A stretch of DNA of 64,000 nucleotides from Macrostomum lignano (Eukaryota): the NCBI GenBank assembly GCA_002269645.1, contig NIVC01001186.1:1-64000 (forward strand), read 5' to 3'. How positions within the stretch are numbered: position 1 is the stretch's first letter; every line of letters starts with the position of its first letter. Below are positions 10,548 through 21,014 of this stretch, in pieces. Both the position numbers and the translations under genes were made by a program. The notes below the pieces were generated by a model. The model was not told the origin of the DNA. It saw only the letters and a program-made list of their open reading frames with translations, and did no database searches.

Positions 10548-13500
10548 TTCTGAATGTCTGTCTGTCTGTCTGTCTTTCTGTATGTATGTCTGTCTGCCTA
10601 TCTGTCTGTCTATCTGTCCGTCTGTCTGTCTATCTGTCTTAGTCTCCGTCACAAAATATTTGTCTTGTCTGCTTTAGTCTGTTTAGTTTTTATCAGTCTG
10701 TCTGTGATGCATCTGCGCTGTAGATGTACATTAGTTTGCTTGTTATGCGCACTATCGGCTTCTATCTGTGCATTTCTCTGCATTGCATTTGTCCCAGTCT
10801 TGCGAGTCCATTCAGTGTCGCTGTGAACACATCTCCAGACCGAGCTGCTAGACGAGATGCTCTTCAGCGGCTTAGACGCCATCCTCATCAAAGTGGCCGC
10901 CTACGGCCTGTCGCCAAAGCGCCATCTGGGTCGCCGCCTTGTCGACATTCGCGACGAACTTGTGCGCCTGGCCGCTCCGGCCGCCGGCGGCCTGAGTCCG
11001 TGCGGCGAGGGCGGCGAATATGAGACCCTGGCGTTGGACTGTCCTCTGTTTAAGCACGGCCGAATTGTGCTTGACAACGGGCACTTGACTGCGGCGGGTA
11101 CGGATAGTCGGGTGGTTGTGCATAGCGACGATGCTTTTGCTCCGGTGTGCTATTTGAAGCTGACTGGCTGTTGTCGGCTTGGCGAGCCCAAGGTAAGTTT
11201 GATGGTTGTATTTCCTAATTTAGCTTGAATCCACGGTATCTCAGTGTAGCTTAGCTGTGATTGGTGCAGATTCAATCTAATTTGGGAGTATCTCAGTGTA
11301 GCTTAGCTGTGATTGGTGCAGATTCAATCTAATTTGGGAGTATCTCAGTGTAGCTTGACTGTAATAGGTGCAGACCCAATCTAATTTGGGAGTATCTCAG
11401 TGTAGCTTAGCTGTGATTGGTACAGATTCAATCTAATTTGGGAGTATCTCAGTGTAGCTTAGCTGTGATTGGTGCAGATTCAATCTAATTTGGGAGTATC
11501 TCAGTGTAGCTTAGCTGTGATTGGTGCAGATTCAATCTAATTTGGGAGTATCGCAGTGTAGCTTAGCTGTGATTGGTGCAGATTCAATCTAATTTGGGAG
11601 TATCGCAGTGTAGCTTAGCTGTGATTGGTGCAGATTCAATCTAATTTGGGAGTATCTCAGTGTAGCTTAGCTGTGATTGGTGCAGACTCAATCTAATTTG
11701 GGAGTATCTCAGTGTAGCTTAGCTGTGATTGGTGCAGATTCAATCTAATTTGGGAGTATCTCAGTGTAGCTTAGCTGTGATTGGTGCAGATTCAATCTAA
11801 TTTGGGAGTATCTCAGTGTAGCTTAGCTGTGATTGGTGCAGATTCAATCTAATTTGGGAGTATTTCAGTGTAGCTTAGCTGTGATTGGTGCAGACTCAAT
11901 CTGTACTATTACTATTATATACTTTGTTTCTGATAAAATTGATTACTATTCTCAGGCTGGTCTCGAAGAGTTCAGTGCAAAGCAACCGTCGTCTATCGAT
12001 CGCATATCGCCCGCTGTAATCGAACGAGAATTTCAAATTGACGCCAAAAACTATCCCAATTCACGCGGAGGTTCTTTGTATTGTGATGATGATTCAAACG
12101 ATTTGCCTTCATTGAGATTGTCAGTTATCAATGTTCAAGTTGCTGAACAAAGCGGCGAAATCTCTGTTGCTGAGATGGCCAAGTTATTGATGTCGAAAGC
12201 TAATGCTGCAATCCAGGCTGCTGGAGGTGAGCAGTCGGCTGAGATGCGACCTCTGCTGTGTGTTTTGACAGTAAGTTATAGTTTATGTCGTTGGTTTACA
12301 CATTGTTTATTGATTGAAGGGTGTTTGTAGCTTAGTAGCTAGAGCGCCTGACTCAGGACAGAAAGGTCGTGGGTTCGATTCTTGACCCAATAGAAACAAT
12401 TTGTGCCCTTATCGAGCAAGACGCTTAACTCTGCATTGCTTCAGTTGCCTCAAAATGGGGTAAGCTAGAATAAACTGGGGTAATTGAGGGTGTGTGTGGC
12501 GACCCTTCAGTCCTTGGACTGAATAGCCGTACGCAGCCTTCAGATGCGCCGCGTAATAGCTGCGACTGAGTTGTCGGTTGCACAATATCTTTCCATTAAA
12601 GCTGGTGTAATCAAGTATTATAGTTATTATTGAGTGCTCAACTGTCTCTTAATTTTCCAAATCCCCAAAGCCCATACAAAACTTCACTGCTAACATTTCC
12701 GCTAGTGAAAACTACTCATAGTAGTTTAATTAAAAGAAAGAACTGCTTATCCTTAGAAATTTTTATTTCTAAGAAATCGTTCTCCTTGGTTTTTCGTTTT
12801 CATCAAGCAGTGCAACAACGATCGTATACTCGCTCACACAGGGTGTACAGCACAATAAGCCTTGAATTAAAAACTATTCCAGGTGCCAGACATGTCATCA
12901 TTCGCGTTAGTCAACTATGTCTATGGTTCGCCAGAGCTCGGCTTTGCCAGCCGGCCGGGCTATCGATCGCCGCCAGCGCGAGCTTGCGTTGAACTGGCAA
13001 CAGCAGCGTCTGAAGTGATGTCGGCTTCAATCCTAGTCTTAAAAGAGGATAAGGGATCCGATGCCTCAACAGTGGCCGCTATGCACGTGCGCAGCCGGAG
13101 TCACTGGGCCCCGGCCAACATTGGTCCATATAGTCAGTGTATTGCATTAGCTAATCATCGATTGTTATTAATATCCGGTCAGATTGCTATGGATCCGGCT
13201 ACGCTGGAGATTCCACTAGGCTCCAGTGCTCAGTGGCAAGCCGATCTGTCCTTGCGTCATTCTCTACGAGTAGCCCGTGCCAATGGTTACCAAGGACGCT
13301 TTGGTAGTGGTAGTAACGACTGTAGTTTGTTTATCTGCTTTGGTTTAGATGCCGACTGTCTGTCTGCCGGTGTTGATAGCTTTCAACGATTGATCTGTCG
13401 GGAAAATTCCAGTCGTCTAGTGCTGCCTGCACTCTGCACCGGTCTGCCTAAAGGTGCCAAAGTCGAATGGCTCACCTTTTTAGTTAATGCCAACGATGAT

Positions 13501-13746
13501 ACATTAACTACTAGCATTGAATATGTTGACGAATTGGATGATGTCACGACGCTAATTTCCCGTTGGCAACGAGGTGCTAAAAATAGTCTGGCAGTGTGTC
13601 TGGTCAATGAGACTGCACTAGCTGGGCAGAGCTACGATCTATCATCTAGCATTGCCGGCTTTCCTGTACTGCAGATCCGTTGCCATGGGTTTCTAAGCCA
13701 ACGATATGGCAACTCTGCTGCCGTTGTTGCTAGGCTGAATTTCTAA
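9314..13746 (+). CDS. DPH6: Diphthine--ammonia ligase (Dph6/ATPBD4) with C-terminal RidA (YjgF/YER057c/UK114)-like domains, 660 aa
   Basis: Exons 9314-9565, 10061-10258, 10839-11192, 11956-12270, 12883-13746; all GT-AG, phase 0. Motifs: MKVVGLVSGGKDSC (PP-loop), DSFMYQTVG, EDEVEDLY, GAILSNYQRVRVESVC, PCGEGGEYETLALDCPLF, DMSSFALVNYVY..PPARACVE, HVRSRSHWAPANIGPYSQ. Confidence 0.95.
9711..10037. repeat. 28-bp minisatellite in DPH6 intron 1 (~11 copies)
   Basis: Unit GAGTGCCATTTCCCTTAGGTCATTTAGT. Confidence 0.95.
10365..10640. repeat. (TCTG)n microsatellite in DPH6 intron 2
   Basis: Imperfect TGTC/TCTG repeats. Confidence 0.95.
11236..11902. repeat. 52-bp minisatellite in DPH6 intron 3 (~13 copies)
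   Basis: Unit GTATCTCAGTGTAGCTTAGCTGTGATTGGTGCAGATTCAATCTAATTTGGGA; starts at 11236 and 11288. Confidence 0.95.
12319..12597 (+). mobile_element. tRNA-derived SINE with CORE-like central domain, in DPH6 intron 4
   Basis: A-box-like TAGCTTAGTAGCTAGAGCG (~12328) and B-box GGGTTCGATTCT (12371). 12402-12460 GTGCCCTTATCGAGCAAGACGCTTAACTCTGCATTGCTTCAGTTGCCTCAAAATGGGG resembles the MIR/CORE consensus as recalled from memory. 3' end approximate. Confidence 0.65.
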
Positions 13747-13962
13747 ATCAGCTAGCTTGAAGGTCGTTTGTTTGTTATTAGCATTTTTGAATTGAATGTT
13801 GAATGTAAATACTGTTATTACTATTTATTGATAGTTTAAATATGGTGCAATATAAATTATTAAATACAATTGATTTAGTCTTCCTCTAATAGTGATTTTG
13901 TTTTTTTGATTACAATATGATCTTTTCATTTATTTAGTTTGAAGCCAATTTTAGGGTGAGAA

Positions 13963-14320
13963 GGATTCGTAGATCAGTAGTCTAGCGTGGCGCTCGGACG
14001 TGCCAGCGGCCCAGGCTCGATTCCAAGTGCAGTCACATTAATTTAGGGCTGAATTGGAATCTCGGCTTGGCTCGGCTCATGCAATTAACGACCCTGAGGC
14101 CCAACCCCCAAGGCACAGTGAGGTGTACATGCATAGGGCCGCTGTACACTCCTGTGTGTGTGTGTGCCTGTGCGTATGACTGCGTACGTATCCGCGCGCT
14201 TGTGTGCCTGCTCAGGGGAGTCGGCAGAATGGGCAGTAATGCCTCTCACCTGTTGTGTGACAATGTCGCTTAAAGTGCGCCAGGTGCACTCAGACCCCCC
14301 TGACTCTAACTAAGAAAGTA
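13963..14320 (+). mobile_element. Second, unrelated tRNA-derived SINE-like repeat
   Basis: A-box-like TAGATCAGTAGTCTAGCG (~13970) and B-box-like GGCTCGATTCC (~14014), followed by a non-tRNA body with (TG)n; acceptor stem does not pair as a true tRNA. Confidence 0.5.
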
Positions 14321-14652
14321 TAGCGTGGGAAGTAAGTTTTCGTTCTCTGAGTTTTAAAAAAGATTTTTGAAAACAAAATAAGCTCGTTATTGTATCAGAA
14401 TAAGTAGAGAACTTGGTTCGTATGTAAATATGATTAGTTTTTTGCAGCGGGTCACTTCACTCTTATTTCCGATCCACGGTTAACGTCAGCCAGGCGAGAC
14501 CAGAACTAGTTAATTAATTGCTTATTGAATTTAATTATAGTAGACAGACTGAAGTTGACAAAATAACTGCTTGATCTGTACGGTTAGACAGCCTGTAATG
14601 TGGATAAAACATGCAGACGGATCAGCAAACTTTGAACTAAATAACATCCAAA

Positions 14653-15744
14653 CTTCAGCAAGAATTGCCCCCAAACCTCAGTAGGAATCGCCCCCAAACC
14701 TCAGTTAGAATCGCCGCCAAGTATCAGTAAGAATCGCCCCAAACCTCAGTAAAAATCGCCCCCAAACCTCAGCAAGAATCGCCCCCAAACCTCAGCAAGA
14801 ATCGCCCCAAACCTCAGCAAGAATCGCCCCAAACCTCAGCAAGAATCGCCCCAAACCTCAGTAGGAATCGCCCCCAAACCTCAGTAAGAATCGCCCCCAA
14901 ACCTCAGTAAGAATCGCCCCAAACCTCAGCAAGAATCGCCCCAAACCTCAGCAAGAATCGCCCCAAACCTCAGCAAGAATCGCCCCAAACCTCAGCAAGA
15001 ATCGCCCCAAACCTCAGTAAGAATTGCCCCAAAAATCTCAGCAAGAATCGCGCCAAAAATCTCAGCAAGAATCGCCCTAAAAATCTCAGCAAGAATTGCC
15101 CCAAAAATCTCAGCAAGAATCGCCCCAAAAATCTCAGCAAGAATCGCCCCTAAAATCTCAGCAAGAATCGCCCTAAAAATCTCAGCAAGAATCGCCCTAA
15201 AAATCTCAGCAAGAATCGCCCCTAAAATCTCAGCAAGAATCGCCCTAAAAATCTCAGCAAGAATCGCCCTAAAATCTCAGCAAGAATCGCCCTAAAATCT
15301 CAGCAAGAATCGCCCTAAAATCTCAGCAAGAATCGCCCTAAAATCTCAGCAAGAATCGCCCTAAAAATCTCAGCAAGAATCGCCCTAAAAACCTCAGTAA
15401 GAATCGCTTTAAAAATCTCAGCAAAAATCGCCCTAAAAATCTCAGCAAGAATCGCCCTAAAAATCTCAGCAAGAATCGCCCAAAAAAATCTCAGCAAGAA
15501 TCGCCCTAAAAATCTCAGCAAGAATCGCCCCAATAAATCTCAGCAAGAATCGCCCTAAAATCTCAGCAAGAATCGCCCTAAAATCTCAGCAAGAATCGCC
15601 CTAAAATCTCAGCAAGAATCGCCCTAAAAATCTCAGCAAGAATCGCCCTAAAAACCTCAGTAAGAATCGCCCTAAAAATCTCAGCAAAAATCGCCCTAAA
15701 AATCTCAGCAAGAATCGCCCTAAAAATCTCAGCAAGAATCGCTC
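14653..15744. repeat. 21-23-bp minisatellite with two sub-arrays (AAACCTCAG.. then AAATCTCAG..)
   Basis: Unit ~AAATCTCAGCAAGAATCGCCCTA. Confidence 0.95.
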
Positions 15745-15944
15745 CCTAATATTAAGTAATTTTTATAGCATTTCACAACCAATCGCTCATTTCGGCATAG
15801 ATCTTGAAGCAATTTGAATGATTTTATTACACATTTCTGCTCATCTTCAAGCGATTGTCAATCAGTGAGTTCAGTGAATCAAAAAAGCTCCTATAACTGT
15901 ACTGTATTCGAAGTGCGAAATTAAGCTCTGCTGTAAATTAAGCC

Positions 15945-17285
15945 ATGTCAGCAGACACCAGTCCAGACTCCCAGCATCGTAATGCCTCATCTCGCAGTCC
16001 GCTAGCCCAGTTCGAGGCCGCTGTACAAGTTGTTGACAGTCTGCCGCGCGGCTCATCTAGCCAAGCGGTTGCTATGCAAGGCTTCAAGCCGTCAACGGAT
16101 TTAATGCTTCGCTTCTATGCTCTATATAAGCAGGCTAGTAACGGTCCCTGCCAGCAGCCAAGGCCGGCGTTCTGGGATCTGATTGGCAAAATGAAATGGG
16201 ATGCCTGGCGCGCGCTAGGCGACATGCCTCGCGAACGCGCCATGCTGGAATATTCTCGCCAGCTTCGCACTGTGATTGAAAGCCTGCCAAACTCGTCTCC
16301 AGCTGTTAGCGGACTGATTGACAAAGTTGCCAACTTCTATAGGCTTGTTGACGATGATGATGATCAGGAGTCTGAGGTTAAACTCGGCCTTTTATTAGCC
16401 AATCGGATTCGATGTCGAAGCGGCGGGAATTTGGATGCAGAATCAGCCGCCGCCGCAGATTTAGATGTCAATTCCAATTTTCTAACGCAATCGTTGCCGC
16501 CTAAAATCACTAGTAGTAGTAGTAATGATAATAGGAATGGCTTTCTAAGAAATAGTCAGCCTAATCCGCGCCGGAGACAAGCGTCGGAAACGTCAGTTTG
16601 GCCTGCGGCGGCGGTAGTGGCGTCAGCTGCTGTCGATCCAGAACATCCCGACCGAGGCGGCGGCGGCAGCAGCAGCAGCAGCAGCGACAATGACGAATTC
16701 TGCGATTCCTACGACAATTTTGTACAGCCGTTTGGTGATGATCAGCCGGGTGACGTCACCGGCGGTCAGCAGCCTTCGACTTCACCTTCATCTGCATCAG
16801 CCGCAGCCGGCGGCGGTCACCAATCAGCTGGGCGTCGTCAAGGTCGTCAGCAGCAGCAGCAGCAGCAACTGCCTTCGGCTTCAAGCTTCGAGAATAGCAA
16901 CGGGTTGTCATGGCAACCGCCGCTGCCGCCGCCGCCTGATCCTACTGGCCGCTCGGCAGCTGCTGCATCGAGCTTCGAACTTGAGCGCGAACTAGTCGGC
17001 CAACTGAGGCACATCCGAGCCGCTCTGGATCGTCTGTCGGGCGATCTTGGACAGATTCACACCCGTCTAGACAGGCTAGAACGAACTAGTCATAAAAGTG
17101 CATTGTCGGACAGCTCCGGCAGTTTCTACTGCTGGTTTCAGCGGTGGCTGTTCAGCGGCAGAGGTGTCGGCGGCTTGTCGGTACCGGCGCTGCTGCTGCT
17201 GCTGGCCTGGCCTGTGCTCGTCCAGCTGCTATGGCGGCTGCCCTGGAGACGGCTGCGACAGAGGAGGGGTCGGTTGGCGCTCTGA
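15945..17285 (+). CDS. ACBD5: Acyl-CoA-binding domain protein of ACBD4/5 type (ACB domain, FFAT-like motif, coiled coil, tail anchor), single exon, 446 aa
   Basis: ACB domain FEAAVQVV..LRFYALYKQAS.GPC...RPAFWDLIGKMKWDAW..LGDM; SSSSSSDNDEFCDSYD; heptad region LRHIRAALDRLSGDLGQIHTRLDRLE; TM LLLLLAWPVLVQLLW with basic tail RRLRQRRGRLAL. Confidence 0.85.
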   Translation: MSADTSPDSQHRNASSRSPLAQFEAAVQVVDSLPRGSSSQAVAMQGFKPSTDLMLRFYALYKQASNGPCQQPRPAFWDLIGKMKWDAWRALGDMPRERAMLEYSRQLRTVIESLPNSSPAVSGLIDKVANFYRLVDDDDDQESEVKLGLLLANRIRCRSGGNLDAESAAAADLDVNSNFLTQSLPPKITSSSSNDNRNGFLRNSQPNPRRRQASETSVWPAAAVVASAAVDPEHPDRGGGGSSSSSSDNDEFCDSYDNFVQPFGDDQPGDVTGGQQPSTSPSSASAAAGGGHQSAGRRQGRQQQQQQQLPSASSFENSNGLSWQPPLPPPPDPTGRSAAAASSFELERELVGQLRHIRAALDRLSGDLGQIHTRLDRLERTSHKSALSDSSGSFYCWFQRWLFSGRGVGGLSVPALLLLLAWPVLVQLLWRLPWRRLRQRRGRLAL

Positions 17286-17360
17286 TCCCTCAGGTGGCTG
17301 GCTGAACGGTCGGTGCGATTATTGGTGAGAATGTGATGACCATGATTCAAAAAAATCATT

Positions 17361-19012
17361 TAAGATTCTGTAATGGTTAGAATTCTAAGAAATCATCCAA
17401 TCAAGATTCTGTAATGGTTAGAATTCTAAGAATTCACCCCAATCAAGATTCTGTGATGGATAGGATTCTAAGAAATCAGTCAAGATTCTGTAATGGTTAG
17501 GATTCTAAGAAATCACTCCAGATTCTGTGATGGATAGGATTCTAAGAAATCACTCAAGATTCTGTGATGGATAGGATTCTAAGAAATCAGTCAAGATTCT
17601 GAGATGGTTAGGATTCTAAGAAATCACTCAAGATTCTGAGATGGTTAGGATTCTAAGAAATCATCCAATCAAGATTATGGGATGGATAGGATTCTAAGAA
17701 ATCATCCAATCAAGATTCTGAGATGGTTAGGATTCTAAGAATTCACCCCAATCAAGATTCTGTGATAGATAGGATTCTAAGAAATCACTCAAGATTCTGT
17801 GATGGATCAGATTCTAAGAAATCATCCAATCAAGATTGTGTGATGGATAGGATTCTAAGAAATCACCCAATCAAGATTCTGTGATGGATCAGATTCTAAG
17901 AAATCACTCAAGATTCTGAGATGGTTAGGATTCTAAGAAATCACTCAAGATTCTGTGATGGATCAGATTCTAAGAAATCATCCAATCAAGATTCTGTGAT
18001 GGATAGGATCCTAAGAAATCACTCAATCAAGATTCTGTGATGGATAGGATTCTAAGAAATCACTCAATCAAGATTCTGTGATGGACAGGATCCTAAGAAA
18101 TCACCCAATCAAGATTCTGTGATGGATAGGATCCTAAGAAATCACCCAATCAAGATTCTGTGATGGATAGGATCCTAAGAAATCACCCAATCAAGATTCT
18201 GTGATGGATAGGATCCTAAGAAATCAGTCAAGATTCTGTGATGGATCAGATTCTAAGAAATCATCCAATCAAGATTCTGTGATGGATAGGATCCTAAGAA
18301 ATCACTCAATCAAGATTCTGTGATGGATCAGATTCTAAGAAATCACTCAATCAAGATTCTGTGATGGATAGGATTCTAAGAAATCACCCAATCAAGATTC
18401 TGTGATGGATAGGATCCTAAGAAATCACCCAATCAAGATTCTGTGATGGATAGGATCCTAAGAAATCACCCAATCAAGATTCTGTGATGGATAGGATCCT
18501 AAGAAATCACCCAATCAAGATTCTGTGATGGATAGGATCCTAAGAAATCACCCAATCAAGATTCTGTGATGGATAGGATTCTAAGAAATCACTCAATCAA
18601 GATTCTGTGATGGATAGGATCCTAAGAAATCACCCAATCAAGATTCTGTGATGGATAGGATTCTAAGAAATCACTCAATCAAGATTCTGTGATGGATAGG
18701 ATTCTAAGAAATCACTCAATCAAGATTCTGTGATGGATAGGATTCTAAGAAATCACTCAATCAAGATTCTGTGATGGATAGGATCCTAAGAAATCACCCA
18801 ATCAAGATTCTGTGATGGATAGGATTCTAAGAAATCACTCAATCAAGATTCTGTGATGGATAGGATCCTAAGAAATCAGTCAAGATTCTGTGATGGATAG
18901 GATTCTAAGAAATCACTCAATCAAGATTCTGTGATGGATAGGATCCTAAGAAATCACCCAATCAAGATTCTGTGATGGATCATGATCAGATTGTAAGAAA
19001 TCACTCAATCAA
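17361..19012. repeat. ~41-bp minisatellite (~40 copies)
   Basis: Unit CAAGATTCTGTGATGGATAGGATTCTAAGAAATCACTCAAT with 37-41-bp length variants. Confidence 0.95.
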
Positions 19013-19407
19013 TATTTTTCGAAGGCCAGAAGCTCACTCAAATATTACTAACATTTTTTAAAATATTCTAAATTAGCCAGTGTTTTCGCCTCGCTTTTTC
19101 AGACTTGGATTGGACAAAAATATTGAGGCTTACACAGACAAGCTTTTGTCGCTCCTACAGTCTCCCTCACAGTGTGGTGTTGCAATGATTCTTAATGTCT
19201 TATTTTAGCCTGACAAAAATACTCTTGTGCTGTCTTTCGTTAATTTGCCTGTAATTTTCCCCGTGTTTTGTACTGCAAATAGCTTTGAGACTGTCCTCAA
19301 AAATGATTTTGTGATTAGCCGATTAAGTCTCTATTCTTCTGTCTCTTGTTTTCTATTGATTTCCGAATCAATAGGTTGTAATTTTTACAACCTTTGAACT
19401 TTTATCT

Positions 19408-19764
19408 CTGCTACCCTCCCTCAGAGTCCTTCATTTGGTAACTGCTACCCTCCCTCAGAGTCCTTCTTTTGGTAACTGCTACCCTCCCTCAGAGTCCTTC
19501 ATTTGGTAACTGCTACCCTCCCTCAGAGTCCTTCATTTGGTAACTGCTACCCTCCCTCAGAGTCCTTCATTTGGTAACTGCTACCCTCCCTCAGAGTCCT
19601 TCATTTGGTAACTGCTACCCTCCCTCAGAGTCCTTCATTTGGTCACTGCTACCCTCCCTCAGAGTCCTTCTTTTGGTAACTGCTACCCTCCCTCAGAGTC
19701 ATTCATTTGGTCACTGCTACCCTCCCTCAGAGTCCTTCATTTGGTAACTGCTACCCTCTCTCAG
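19408..19764. repeat. 34-bp minisatellite (~10 copies)
   Basis: Unit CTGCTACCCTCCCTCAGAGTCCTTCATTTGGTAA. Confidence 0.95.
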
Positions 19765-20349
19765 AGAGTCATTTAGTGTTTCTGCACTAGAGTTGAACCA
19801 TCCAATTTTATGCACTGTCATAATTTAATTTACGATTTCATTTAATTAACTAATTTATGCATAGGTTTAGGTCCCTATAGTATGCGTAGTCAACTTACCC
19901 CGAGAGCTTGTATATTGTAGGTCCTGTAAGGCAAAATCATTTTTCTCAATCATTCAAATCGTATCCATTGGTCTTTTGCGCATAATTTTCAGTATTTCGT
20001 CATGCATATTTTTGTAATTCGTATTAATCCTAATTTAGTACGTGTAATAACAGTATAAAAACGTGGCTAATATGTGATTGATATAATGCGAGATCTATTG
20101 TCATCTAATAGGCTTACACCCCAACCCTGTAATTTCAATATCTATTACTCAACACTTGTGTATATTCGTAGTTTTATGCATCTAAGCGTTTATAAGCTAG
20201 TATAGTGCGTTAACTTTTGTCTGCTGTCATATTCAGAATTATATGTGATTTTATCTCTGTTGATTGTTGTTGGTTAACTATATATACTGTCTTCAAGCGT
20301 TTTTTATAAATTTATTAAAATTCCTGTCAGGTAGGTCAAGTAGTAACGC

Positions 20350-20926
20350 TCAGGATTCAGTGTCAGATGGGTCATTAATAAGTGTCAGGATTTAGTGTCA
20401 GATGGATCATTAATAAGTGTCAGGATTCAGTGTCAGATGGATCATTAATAAGTGTCAGGATTCAGTGTCAGATGGATCATTAATAAGTGTCAGGATTTAG
20501 TGTCAGATGGATCATTAATAAGTGTCAGGATTTAGTGTCAGATGGATCATTAATAAGTGTCAGGATTCAGTGTCAGATGGATCATTAATAAGTGTCAGGA
20601 TTCAGTGTCAGATGGATCATTAATAAGTGTCAGGATTCAGTGTCAGATGGATCATTAATAAGTGTCAAGATTCAGTGTCAGATGGATCATTAATAAGTGT
20701 CAGGATTCAGTGTCAGATGGATCATTAATAAGTGTCAGGATTCAGTGTCAGATGGATCATTAATAAGTGTCAGGATTTAGTGTCAGATAGATCTTTAATA
20801 AGTGTCAGGATTTACTGTCAGATGGATCATTAATAAGTTTCAGGATTTAGTATCAGATGGATCATTAATAAGTGTCAGGATTCAGTGTCAGATGGATCAT
20901 TAAAAAGTGTCAGGATTTAGTGTCAG
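20350..20926. repeat. 35-bp minisatellite (~16 copies) ending ~90 bp upstream of the beta-catenin-like ATG
   Basis: Unit TCAGGATTCAGTGTCAGATGGATCATTAATAAGTG. Confidence 0.95.
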
Positions 20927-21014
20927 CTGCCACTAGTGTCAGAACCCGTTAGATTTAGGTATATTTTTTTGCCACAATAAATTGCATGCCGTCTAATCCA
21001 AAGCTGTCAGCAAC

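Noticed and set aside
12319-12388. Functional tRNA gene
   Set aside because: Stems pair poorly and the sequence continues into a SINE-like body; treated as a SINE head.
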